Origin: an uncultured delta proteobacterium
Lineage (GTDB): Bacteria > Desulfobacterota > Binatia > UBA9968
Direction of reading: 5' to 3'
Assembly (NCBI GenBank): GCA_963727625.1
Contig: CAVSHR010000006.1
Location: 224,001 to 288,000 of the forward strand
Length of the DNA stretch: 64,000 nt
Made by a program: the position numbers and the translations under genes. Positions 55,408 to 64,000 of this stretch are shown here, one piece after another; within the stretch, counting starts at the first letter, position 1; each line of letters begins with the position of its first letter. The notes under the pieces were generated by a model that was given only the letters and a program-made list of their open reading frames with translations, did not search any database and had not been told where the DNA came from.

Positions 55408-55887
55408 CTATCGATGATCGTCGATCGCGGCGATGGAGTCGCCGGCGCAAATCGTTCCGCCGGTCAGGATCTCGGCCCGAAGCCCGCCGCGATGAATCAA
55501 ACCGCGCCGGGCGCCGTGGACGGTCAGTTTTCCCAGGTGGGTGCAGGGCTCGCAAAGGCGCATACCGCGCAACCGCGCTTCGCCGACGGAAAATTTCCGT
55601 CCGACGAGATGGTTCAACGCTACCCCGCGGGTGACGATGTTACGCCGCGCTTGACCGGGCTCAATTTCCACGGTGTATTCTCTCTTCAAGGCCTCGATCG
55701 CTTCTAACTCAATCAAAGTAACGTGGCGACCCGTACCGGGATTCTTTGAATACGTACCCAGGCCGGTGAAGTAACGATCGCCCTCCAAACCGTGCCCGGC
55801 AACCGCGCGCGCGAAGGAAACCCTTTGCATCGCCGCCGCGCCGGTCGGCGCGATATGCAGCGAGACCACGGAGCCCAGAGCATCCAT
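55408..55887 (-). CDS. MOSC-domain protein
   Basis: GLEGDRY, RRNIVTRG, CEPC, GGLRAEIL. Confidence 0.88.
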   Translation of the reverse strand: MDALGSVVSLHIAPTGAAAMQRVSFARAVAGHGLEGDRYFTGLGTYSKNPGTGRHVTLIELEAIEALKREYTVEIEPGQARRNIVTRGVALNHLVGRKFSVGEARLRGMRLCEPCTHLGKLTVHGARRGLIHRGGLRAEILTGGTICAGDSIAAIDDHR

Positions 55888-55895
55888 CGGCGAAC

Positions 55896-56768
55896 TTACT
55901 TTTTTCGTGCCACCAACGCCGCGATTTCCGGAGTTTGTAGTGCGTCTTTGAGCGCGGTCACCGTGCCGTTTCCTTGCAATTCCAACGCTAAGCGTCGCAC
56001 CGCGCCGATGGCGGCCTTGAGAAACGAAGAACCGTAGCTCACCCGCGCCACGCCGAGATCTTGCAACTCCCGGACGCTCGGCGATTGCGCGCCGGCGAGA
56101 ATGCTGATCGGCGCCTTAACCTCTTTGGCGATGCGCCCGATGATTTCGGCCGAGTGCAGGAACAAGTAAAAGATGCAGTCGCCTCCCGCCTCGGCGTAGG
56201 CGTTGCCGCGGCCGATCGCTTCGGCGAGCGCTTTTTTCGGATCGTCGGTGATGACGTGAAAAGCATCCACGCGCGCGTTTAAAAAAAAGTCGCTGCCGAT
56301 TTCGCGCTTGGTGTCCATGACGGCCTTGATCTTGCGCAGCTGTTCAGAAACTTCTACTAATCCGCCACGCCCCTTCACCGCGCCGTCTTCGAGGTTCATT
56401 CCGGCCACGCCGCGCGCCACCAGCGCGCGCACGGTTTCTCGAACGCCCTGCTCGTCGCCGTAGCCTCGTTCACCATCGGCGTTGAACGGCACGGTCACGG
56501 CGCCAGCGAAGGCGCCGCTGATTTCGATGAACTGCTCCCGGCTCATCACCTCGCCGTCGGGCAAACCCAACGATGCGGCGATGCCGCCGCTGGTGCCCTG
56601 AATCGCCTTGAACCCCAATTGCTCGAACAGCAGCGCGCTCAAGACATCATAAGCGCCGGGCATGACGAGAATCTCCGGCGCGCGGACGAGTTCTCTAAGC
56701 TTTCTGCTTTTCTGATTGGTAGCCGCGAGCACCGCGGCAGGAACAGGCTCCATCATGACCTCCGTCAC
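55896..56768 (-). CDS. Isocitrate lyase / PEP mutase family enzyme
   Basis: MPGAYDVLSA, DGERGYG, NLEDG, NARVD, AYAEAGGDCIF. Confidence 0.88.
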   Translation of the reverse strand: MTEVMMEPVPAAVLAATNQKSRKLRELVRAPEILVMPGAYDVLSALLFEQLGFKAIQGTSGGIAASLGLPDGEVMSREQFIEISGAFAGAVTVPFNADGERGYGDEQGVRETVRALVARGVAGMNLEDGAVKGRGGLVEVSEQLRKIKAVMDTKREIGSDFFLNARVDAFHVITDDPKKALAEAIGRGNAYAEAGGDCIFYLFLHSAEIIGRIAKEVKAPISILAGAQSPSVRELQDLGVARVSYGSSFLKAAIGAVRRLALELQGNGTVTALKDALQTPEIAALVARKK

Positions 56769-56874
56769 AATTTTCTGAGTTCAGGAATCGCGCTTATGGT
56801 AAAGCTTAAACGTGGCGGTAAGCAAGGGTAGTAAAGATGTGCTTATGCATGAGTCGTGTGGTTCCGCCAAGCGA

Positions 56875-57303
56875 TCAACGCAGAACCATTTTTTTGTGCG
56901 CAATGCCCGCTTCGTCGAAAACCGCGCCGACGGAGCGAAAGCCCATGGATTCATAAAAGCCGATCACCGGGACTTGAGCATGGAGATAAATTTTTCTGGC
57001 GCCGAGTTTCTTAGCCGTCGTAATTGAGCGTTTGAGCAATCTCGTCCCGACGCCTTTGCGCCGATAAGTTTTTAGCACGGCCATGCGTCCGATCTTGGCG
57101 CTGCCGCGGCGCAGGACGATCCGCGCAGTGCCCACTGCCCGACCCGCGGTGATCGCCAAAAAATGAATCGCGCTTGCGTCGTCGCCATCGAGCTCGATCT
57201 CGGCGGGCACATGCTGCTCGCGCACGAACACGCGTATGCGTATGGCAAAGGCTTTTTTCAAATGTTGTGAAGAGGAAACTCGCCTGATTTGTACTGCCGC
57301 CAA
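56875..57303 (-). CDS. GNAT acetyltransferase (ElaA/YjcF-like)
   Basis: IRIRVFVREQ, KIGRMAV, RRKGVG, LHAQ, FDEAGIAH. Confidence 0.88.
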   Translation of the reverse strand: MAAVQIRRVSSSQHLKKAFAIRIRVFVREQHVPAEIELDGDDASAIHFLAITAGRAVGTARIVLRRGSAKIGRMAVLKTYRRKGVGTRLLKRSITTAKKLGARKIYLHAQVPVIGFYESMGFRSVGAVFDEAGIAHKKMVLR

Positions 57304-57357
57304 ATTCGTAGGGTCCTTGCCGATTGCCTGGTGATGAACTTGGATTTATCGTGGCGC

Positions 57358-58128
57358 CTATTCCCACAGTCCTTCGGGCAACGGCAGGCCTGCGAGATCG
57401 TCGGCGCTTAGCCGGCCGGCCGGTTCGATGCCGAAGCGTTCGAGCACGGCGATCAGTTGGCGCGTATGCTGCGCCGAGTGCCAGGTCGAGCGCTCGAAGA
57501 GCTGGTGCAACGGCGGCGCGCCGTAAAATGTCTTGACCTTTTGCCGGCAGGATTTGTCGTTGAGCCGGTCCCACCAGGTTTCGACTCGCGCGATCGTTTC
57601 TTCGCCATAAGCGGCGATCTCCGCGCCGGTCAAGCAGGTCCCGTCCTCAGGCGGAATGTTGGCGTTGTTGACTCGATACTCAACCTCGTCGATGGCGGTT
57701 TGGAGAAACGCTTCGGCGATTCGAAAAATATGGTGGCTCATGAGCCGGATCGAACGGTCGCGATTATCGATCACCCGCTCCACTAGCCGTTCATCGGGTA
57801 TCTGCCGGATATAACGTCGCGCAGCGCGTAAGACCTCCACCCATTTCGTTAAAATAATTTCCGGCGGCAGGGGCGTCTGCCCCGTCCCTTGCACGCCGAC
57901 GAACTCGGCAACATCTTCGAGATTCTGGCAAAAGACATACTGCCCGTCTCGCGCCAGCACCGGTACGGTGCGCACCCCAAGCTTGTGAAGTTGCTCTTGC
58001 CCGGCGGGATCGTTTAATACGTCGACGGCGCTGAATTCAATGCCTTTCCTCGAAAGAAACTCTTTCGTTCTAAGGCAACTGCTTCAGCCCGGCTGCGTGT
58101 ACAGAACGAGCGGCTCGGCGTTCTCCAT
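57358..58128 (-). CDS. Glutaredoxin(NrdH-like)-DinB fusion, probable selenoprotein (UxxC; TGA 58084-58086)
   Basis: MENAEPLVLYTQPG-TGA-SSCLRTKEFLSRKGIEFSAVDV...GVRTVPV continues in frame into the listed 205-aa ORF with DinB-type His motifs (MSHH, WHSAQH). Confidence 0.87.
58041..58077 (-). promoter_or_regulatory. Candidate bacterial SECIS element
   Basis: After UGA: lower stem TGCCTT/AAGGCA, upper stem CGAAAGA/TCTTTCG, apical loop GTT. Confidence 0.7.
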
Positions 58129-58228
58129 AATTTTTACAATCCGTGGACCGCGTTCTTGTCCGACACCTATCAACGACTCAAAAAGGTTTCAAGCGAGATC
58201 AACAACCCGACCTCATGGCTAAATTCAC

Positions 58229-59125
58229 CTAACTCAAAGACCGGGTCGCGTCGTCAAACAGCTCATCGACCTCTAACTTGCGCGGAATAAGCCGCTGCTG
58301 CACGGAGTAGTGAATGATCAGCTCCAGGCTGCGCCGTATATTCTCTACGCCGAACTGGATCGGGTCGAGCACTTTTTCCGCGGCCGGTGCGGCTTGTTTG
58401 CTCGCGCGCAACAACTGAAAAATTTCCTTAACGGCCGCGGGATTCGACTTTGTCAGCGATTCCTTGACGACCAGCATGTGGTTGATGGGCCGCACGCCGT
58501 AGCGGCGGCACCATGAGCGCGCCGCGTCGTCGGGATTCGCAATCACCGAGCGCAGCCGGGGGTCTTTAAGATCGCCGCCGCCGACCAGCCCGGCATCGAT
58601 CTCGCCATCGAAAAGCATCTGCACGAGCTGTTTGCCGTCGGGCGCGCGCTCCGCCGTCGGCGGATCTCGATACTCGGCGACATGCGGCTCTTCAAAGGTC
58701 ACCCACTTGATCGTGTCGAGGTCGACGCTGTGATCGTTCTGGAGAATGCCGCGCATCCACGCCGCGGTGGTCACCGAATAGGCGCGGATGCCGACGCGCT
58801 TGCCGCCAAGGTCGGACGGAGCCAGCCGGCCGCGCTCGGCGTTATAAGCGAGAAACGGATGCGGCAACGTGCCGACCACTACGGCAGGCAACAAGACTAA
58901 CGGCTTGCCATACGCTTTGGCCTGCAGGTAGGTCACGATGGCCAGCTCGGCAACGTCGTACTTCAGATGGCGCACGACTTCTTTAAAAGCCGTGTTCGGC
59001 ACTTTCACGTCGGCGAAGTCGAGTATGATGTTCGGCGCCCGCACTTCGCCGTTCTTTAATGCCAAGGTGTTGGGATAATCGCCCAGCAGCGTTCGCAGTG
59101 TGAGAGGCTCTGAAGCGTCGCTCAT
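58229..59125 (-). CDS. 4,5-dihydroxyphthalate decarboxylase-like protein (SBP fold)
   Basis: GDYPNTLALKNG, DVAELAIVTY, YSVTTAAWMRGIL, PINHMLV. Confidence 0.7.
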   Translation of the reverse strand: MSDASEPLTLRTLLGDYPNTLALKNGEVRAPNIILDFADVKVPNTAFKEVVRHLKYDVAELAIVTYLQAKAYGKPLVLLPAVVVGTLPHPFLAYNAERGRLAPSDLGGKRVGIRAYSVTTAAWMRGILQNDHSVDLDTIKWVTFEEPHVAEYRDPPTAERAPDGKQLVQMLFDGEIDAGLVGGGDLKDPRLRSVIANPDDAARSWCRRYGVRPINHMLVVKESLTKSNPAAVKEIFQLLRASKQAAPAAEKVLDPIQFGVENIRRSLELIIHYSVQQRLIPRKLEVDELFDDATRSLS

Positions 59126-59354
59126 TTCCCGCTACTCCTCATTGGACTCCATCCGAGATCTTCGGCTTGCCGCAAGCGATTTTACCGCGACAATCCAACT
59201 TCGCGGACGTCGTTTCTCGTACCACCATCGTGGTTTTGGGGCAATACGGGATCGATCGACGAGCCATACCGCAGCCGTCGTAGATTGACCGGGAATCAAC
59301 ATCTGCAATGTCCCGGCTCGAAACCGTAAGAAAGCTCTGCTACGATCGTCAGCA

Positions 59355-60152
59355 ATGAAATCCATTCGTAGAGTTTTGACCATCGCCGGCTCCGACTCGG
59401 GCGCGGGCGCCGGCATCCAGGCCGATCTGAAAACCTTTGCCGCGCTCGGCGTCTACGGCACTTCGGCAATCACCGCGATCACCGCGCAGAACACCGTTGG
59501 GGTAACCCAAGTCTTGGCGTTAAGTCCCAAGCTCGTCGCCGCGCAGATCGACGCGGTGATCGACGACATCGGCGCGCACGCGCTCAAGACCGGCATGTTA
59601 GCCAATCGGGTGATCATCGAAGTCGTCGCCAATAAAGTCCAGCAACATCGGCTAAGAAATCTCGTGGTCGACCCGGTGATGGTGGCGACCTCCGGCGATC
59701 TGCTGATCAAGAGAAATGCCGTGGCGGCGCTGCGCTCTCGACTCCTTCCGCTGGCAAGCGTAATTACGCCCAATCTTCCGGAAGCCGAAGAACTCACCGG
59801 CATGAAGCTACGCACTTGGGAAGAGATCGAGGCCGCGGCCCGGCAAATCGTCGCCATGGGTGCAAAGACGGTCATCATCAAGGGCGGCCATCGCAAAGGA
59901 CCGGCGGTTGACTTATTTTTCGACGGAAAGACGTTTCACGCTCTCGTCGCACCGCGCATTCGGACCAAGAATACCCATGGCACCGGCTGCACACTGTCGG
60001 CGGCGATCGCGGCTTACCTGGCCAAGGGCGAAAATATCGAGAGCGCCGTGCGCGCCGCCAAGAAATACGTCACCGCAGCGATCCGCGCCGGTTTTACCAT
60101 TGGCGCCGGCCACAGCCCGGTGCACCACTTTCACAGATTCTGGAAAACTTAA
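59355..60152 (+). CDS. thiD: Hydroxymethylpyrimidine/phosphomethylpyrimidine kinase
   Basis: TIAGSDSGAGAGIQADLK, DPVMVATSG, HGTGCTLS. Confidence 0.96.
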   Translation: MKSIRRVLTIAGSDSGAGAGIQADLKTFAALGVYGTSAITAITAQNTVGVTQVLALSPKLVAAQIDAVIDDIGAHALKTGMLANRVIIEVVANKVQQHRLRNLVVDPVMVATSGDLLIKRNAVAALRSRLLPLASVITPNLPEAEELTGMKLRTWEEIEAAARQIVAMGAKTVIIKGGHRKGPAVDLFFDGKTFHALVAPRIRTKNTHGTGCTLSAAIAAYLAKGENIESAVRAAKKYVTAAIRAGFTIGAGHSPVHHFHRFWKT

Positions 60153-60193
60153 AATCTTACGACGGGCGGATCGAGGGCCGCACGGCGGAACGC

Positions 60194-60949
60194 TTACTTG
60201 CCGCCCTGTTCCATGTCGACGATAATGGCGCGCGCGGCGCTGACCGGATCGCCGGATTCGAGGATCGGCCGGCCGACGACGATATAATCGACGCCCGCGC
60301 GCACCGCATCGAATGGCGTCATGACGCGCTGTTGGTCGTTGCGCTTGCTCTCAGCGGGGCGAATACCAGGGGTGACGATCACGAAACTCGGCCCGCACGC
60401 CGTGCGAATATCGGCGACCTCATGGGGCGAGGCGACGACACCGTCCATTCCCGCTTCCTTGGTCAAGAGCGCGAGGCGGACCACCTGATCGGCCACTTTA
60501 TGCTCGATGCCGACGCGCTGAAGATCATCCTGATTTAAGCTGGTCAATACCGTCACGCCCAACATAATCGGCCGGCGCAGCTTCTGCCGGCGGCAAACCC
60601 GTTCCACTTCTTTCACCGTCGTGCGCATCATTTCCAAACTGCCGGAGGCATGCACGTTGAACATCTTGACGCCTAATCGCGTCGCCTCGACGGCCGCCTT
60701 GGCGACCGTGTTGGGAATGTCGTGAAATTTTAGGTCCAAGAAAATTTCGCCGCCGAGTTCTTGAATCAACTGCACCGCTTGGGGCCCGGCGTGGGTGAAG
60801 AGTTGTTTGCCGACTTTGAACAAGCCGACTTCGCCGGCGAGCAGTTGCACGAACTCCTTGGCCTGCTTCAGCGTGTCGACGTCGAGAGCAACGATCAAAC
60901 GCTCGCGCATGGATCCCCGTCTACGCACCAGCTCGAGCTTGGATGCCAT
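60194..60949 (-). CDS. pyrF: Orotidine-5'-phosphate decarboxylase (start 60949 or 60910)
   Basis: IVALD, FLDLKFHDIPNT, VTPGIRP, VVGRPI. Confidence 0.97.
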   Translation of the reverse strand: MASKLELVRRRGSMRERLIVALDVDTLKQAKEFVQLLAGEVGLFKVGKQLFTHAGPQAVQLIQELGGEIFLDLKFHDIPNTVAKAAVEATRLGVKMFNVHASGSLEMMRTTVKEVERVCRRQKLRRPIMLGVTVLTSLNQDDLQRVGIEHKVADQVVRLALLTKEAGMDGVVASPHEVADIRTACGPSFVIVTPGIRPAESKRNDQQRVMTPFDAVRAGVDYIVVGRPILESGDPVSAARAIIVDMEQGGK

Positions 60950-60951
60950 GG

Positions 60952-62679
60952 CTATGTTTGCACCGTCTGGTTTAGGAAGGCTTGCAATTTTTTGATGCTC
61001 TCGGCCAAGGGAATTTCTTCGGTCTGACCGTCCTGCCGGCGGCGCAGCTCGATAGAGCCTTTTTCCAAGCCTTTGGCGCCGATGGTCACGCGCAGAGGAA
61101 TTCCGACCAAGTCGGCGTCTTTGAACTTGACACCCGGCCGTTCGTCGCGGTCGTCGAGCAGGACCTCGACGCCGTTTTGTTGCAGCGCTTGATAGAGTCT
61201 GTCGGCGACGTCGCGGATCGCTTTGTCGTTGTAATTGATCGGCAGGAGCAGAATCTGGAACGGTGCGATGGAAAACGGCCAGATGATGCCGTTGACGTCG
61301 TGGTTCTGCTCGATCGCGGCGGCCACCATACGACTGATACCGATGCCGTAGCAGCCCATCTCGATGGGCCGTTCGCGCCCCTCGGCGTCGAGGTAGGTAG
61401 CGCCCATCGCTTCGCTGTACTTGGTGCCGAGATAAAAGACCTGCCCCACTTCGATGCCGCGGTGGGTTTCGAGCGTCCCCTGCTCACAGCGCGGGCAAGG
61501 GTCGCCGGTCACGGCGAGGCGCAAATCGGCGAACGCCGGGGGGGTAAAATCGCGCTCCTGATCGACTTCGATGAAATGAGCGTCCGGCTCGTTGGCGCCG
61601 GTCACCGCGCCACGCAGGCCGTGGATGCCCAGGTCGGCGATGGTTCGAAGCTTCAAACCGATCGGCCCGAGAAATCCCGGTACCACACCCGCGGCCACCG
61701 CCACCGCCGCTTCATCGGCCAAAGTCAGCTCTTTGCATTTCAACACTGCGCGCAGTTTGAGCTCGTTGATCTCGTGATCGCCGCGCACCAAGGCAGCGAC
61801 CAGCTCGTCACCGTCGGTTTTGTAAACCAGCGTCTTGATAAATTTGTCGGCCGGCAGTTTGAGAAATGCCGCGACCTCGGCGACGCTTTTTTTGCCGGGC
61901 GTCGAGACCTTTTCGAGCTTTGGCGATTCTTCTGTGATGTCGCGCCCGGCGGCCCGGCGCGCTTTGATTTCGGCCTTTTCCCTGTTGGCCGCGTAGTCGC
62001 AGCTGTTGCAGCTGACTATGGCGTCTTCGCCGGACTCGGCGAGCACCTGGAATTCATGCGACTGGCTGCCGCCGATAGCGCCGGTGTCGGCCTCGACAGG
62101 GCGAAACCTCAAACCGCAGCGGCTGAAAATCCGCTTATAGGTTTCATACATGTTGTCGTATTCGCGCCGGCAGTCGTCAACGTCGGTGTGAAAGCTGTAG
62201 GCGTCTTTCATAATGAACTCGCGGCCGCGCATCAAACCGAAGCGCGGCCTGACTTCGTCGCGGAATTTGGTCTGAATCTGGTAGAGATTGAACGGCAGCT
62301 CGCGATAGGAGCGCACCGAACGGCGCACCAGATCGGTGATGATCTCCTCGTGCGTCGGCCCGAGACAAAAATCCCGATCATGGCGGTCTTTGAAACGCAA
62401 AAGCTCCTTGCCGTACATTTCCCAGCGCCCGCTTTCCTTCCACAACTCGGCGGGGGCGCAGATCGGCATCAAGAGTTCCTGGGCCCCGGCCCGGTCCATT
62501 TCCTCGCGCACGATCCGTTCGATCTTGCGGATGACTCGCAGAGCCAAAGGGAAATAGTCGTAAACGCCGCGGCTGATCTGTCGGATGTAGCCGGCGCGCA
62601 CGAGCAGCTTATGGCTGATCACTTCGGCATCGGCTGGATCTTCTTTGAGGGTCGGGATGAGGGTCTTGCTCCAACGCAT
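60952..62679 (-). CDS. proS: Proline--tRNA ligase with editing insertion
   Basis: LGPTHEE, FRDEVRPRFGLMRGREF, MGCYGIG. Confidence 0.98.
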   Translation of the reverse strand: MRWSKTLIPTLKEDPADAEVISHKLLVRAGYIRQISRGVYDYFPLALRVIRKIERIVREEMDRAGAQELLMPICAPAELWKESGRWEMYGKELLRFKDRHDRDFCLGPTHEEIITDLVRRSVRSYRELPFNLYQIQTKFRDEVRPRFGLMRGREFIMKDAYSFHTDVDDCRREYDNMYETYKRIFSRCGLRFRPVEADTGAIGGSQSHEFQVLAESGEDAIVSCNSCDYAANREKAEIKARRAAGRDITEESPKLEKVSTPGKKSVAEVAAFLKLPADKFIKTLVYKTDGDELVAALVRGDHEINELKLRAVLKCKELTLADEAAVAVAAGVVPGFLGPIGLKLRTIADLGIHGLRGAVTGANEPDAHFIEVDQERDFTPPAFADLRLAVTGDPCPRCEQGTLETHRGIEVGQVFYLGTKYSEAMGATYLDAEGRERPIEMGCYGIGISRMVAAAIEQNHDVNGIIWPFSIAPFQILLLPINYNDKAIRDVADRLYQALQQNGVEVLLDDRDERPGVKFKDADLVGIPLRVTIGAKGLEKGSIELRRRQDGQTEEIPLAESIKKLQAFLNQTVQT

Positions 62680-62973
62680 AAATTGGTCCGAGTATCGCTA
62701 ATCTTGTTATCGCAACTCCTGCAAATTTTCCGGCGCGCTAGCCGTACTGTGTGATTCGATAAAATTCCTATCGCACCATGAGGGACATGAAAATCACGAA
62801 GTTTAAGAGTTTATTCATTCCAAAACTCCGCACCTGCTCGGTGAATCCGGTACTTGCTCCTTTGGAAGCCGCTCGGTTGCACAAGATTCGTTGCGGTCAA
62901 GTCTCTAGCCTTCTTTGACCATGGTGTAGCCGCGCCGGATCAAGCTAGCCTACTGAAATGGGGGAGAGGAAAA

Positions 62974-64000
62974 TTACGCTTCCGCGGCGGTTGTGACCCG
63001 TTCGGCGTCCTTCTCGGCGGCAAATTGTTTGACTTCTTCCATTAAGGCGTCGACGATCTCGGCCTCCGGGACCTTGCGAATAATTTCGCCTCGCTTGAAA
63101 ATCAAGCCGATGCCTTTGCCGCCGGCAACGCCGAGGTCCGCCGCCCGGGCTTCTCCCGGGCCGTTGACTTCGCAGCCCATAACCGCCACGTGAATATTGA
63201 GATTGCTATAGGGCAACATTCGCTCTTCCACCGCTTTGGCCAAGGCAACGAGATCGACGTCGGCCCGGCCGCAGGATGGACAGGCGACGAAGCTCAGCCC
63301 CTCTTTTCTAAGTTGCAGCGCCTTGAGAATCTCGGTGCCGACGCGCACCTCTTCGACCGGATCGGCGGCCAACGAGACGCGAATCGTGTCGCCGATGCCC
63401 TCGGCAAGCAACGTGCCCAAACCGATGGCGGACTTGATCGTGCCCACCGTCGGCGTGCCCGCCTCGGTCACACCGAGATGAAACGGATAATCGACCTGGT
63501 CGGCGAGCATGCGGTAGGCTTCGATCATCATCACAGGGTCGGAAGCTTTGAGCGAAATTTTGATTTCCCGATAGCCCAATTCTTCGAGGATATGAATATG
63601 GCGCAGGCCGCTTTCCACCATTCCCTGGGCCGTCGGTCCGTCGTATTTTTGCAGCAGGTCTTTTTCCAACGAGCCGGCGTTGACTCCGATGCGTATCGGA
63701 ATCTTGCGCTCAGAGGCGGCTTTGACTACTTCGTCGACGTACTTGCGCGCGCCGATATTGCCCGGGTTCAAGCGCAAACCGTCCACACCCTGCTCGATAG
63801 CGATCAACGCCAACTTATAATTGAAGTGGATATCGGCAACTAGCGGAATGCGAATTCGTTTCTTGATTTCGCGCAGTTGTTCCGCCGCTTCGCGCACCGG
63901 CACGGCGCACCGTACGATCTCGCAGCCGGCCGCTTCGAGGTCCCAGATTTGCTGCACGGTGGCGCGCACGTCGCGGGTGTCGGTTTTGGTCATCGACTGC
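62974..64000 (-). CDS. ispG: (E)-4-hydroxy-3-methylbut-2-enyl-diphosphate synthase; start lies beyond the window end
   Basis: [36 protein letters not shown]. Confidence 0.97.
   Translation of the reverse strand, partial: QSMTKTDTRDVRATVQQIWDLEAAGCEIVRCAVPVREAAEQLREIKKRIRIPLVADIHFNYKLALIAIEQGVDGLRLNPGNIGARKYVDEVVKAASERKIPIRIGVNAGSLEKDLLQKYDGPTAQGMVESGLRHIHILEELGYREIKISLKASDPVMMIEAYRMLADQVDYPFHLGVTEAGTPTVGTIKSAIGLGTLLAEGIGDTIRVSLAADPVEEVRVGTEILKALQLRKEGLSFVACPSCGRADVDLVALAKAVEERMLPYSNLNIHVAVMGCEVNGPGEARAADLGVAGGKGIGLIFKRGEIIRKVPEAEIVDALMEEVKQFAAEKDAERVTTAAEA

Noticed and set aside
59130-59354. TPP riboswitch upstream of thiD (and preQ1 riboswitch upstream of queE)
   Set aside because: Conserved aptamer motifs were not found by eye.

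Overview
GC-rich bacterial chromosomal window. Gene style (many orphan solute-binding proteins, an amidohydrolase, short intergenic tandem repeats) is suggestive of a soil Deltaproteobacteria-like or Candidatus Binatia-type organism, but that is inference only. No rRNA, tRNA, CRISPR array, integrase or transposase was seen. 1-12 kb is a co-oriented signalling cluster: Cache/HAMP/GAF histidine kinase, orphan SBP, exported peroxiredoxin-like protein, TlpA, single-domain REC, REC-class III nucleotide cyclase, MBL-fold hydrolase, a second SBP, a cNMP-binding/TPR/SLC13(DASS) transporter fusion and a sigma54 activator. This looks like a self-contained make/break/sense cyclic-nucleotide circuit. Two genes broken in the ORF track are probably selenoproteins with in-frame UGA at the catalytic position and SECIS-like hairpins: the peroxiredoxin (3238-3795) and a UxxC glutaredoxin-DinB fusion (57358-58128, minus strand). 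An unannotated stand-alone transcription unit at 12.49-12.81 kb encodes the 16-aa peptide MAAKKKAKKKAKKKKK. The rest is mostly housekeeping (ccdA, folE, pepA, trxA, mreBCD-mrdA-rodA, ppiD-like, lipBA, glcDFE, queE, a double-length uvrA, thiD, pyrF, proS, ispG), plus accessory enzymes, pseudogene relics and short tandem or palindromic repeats.
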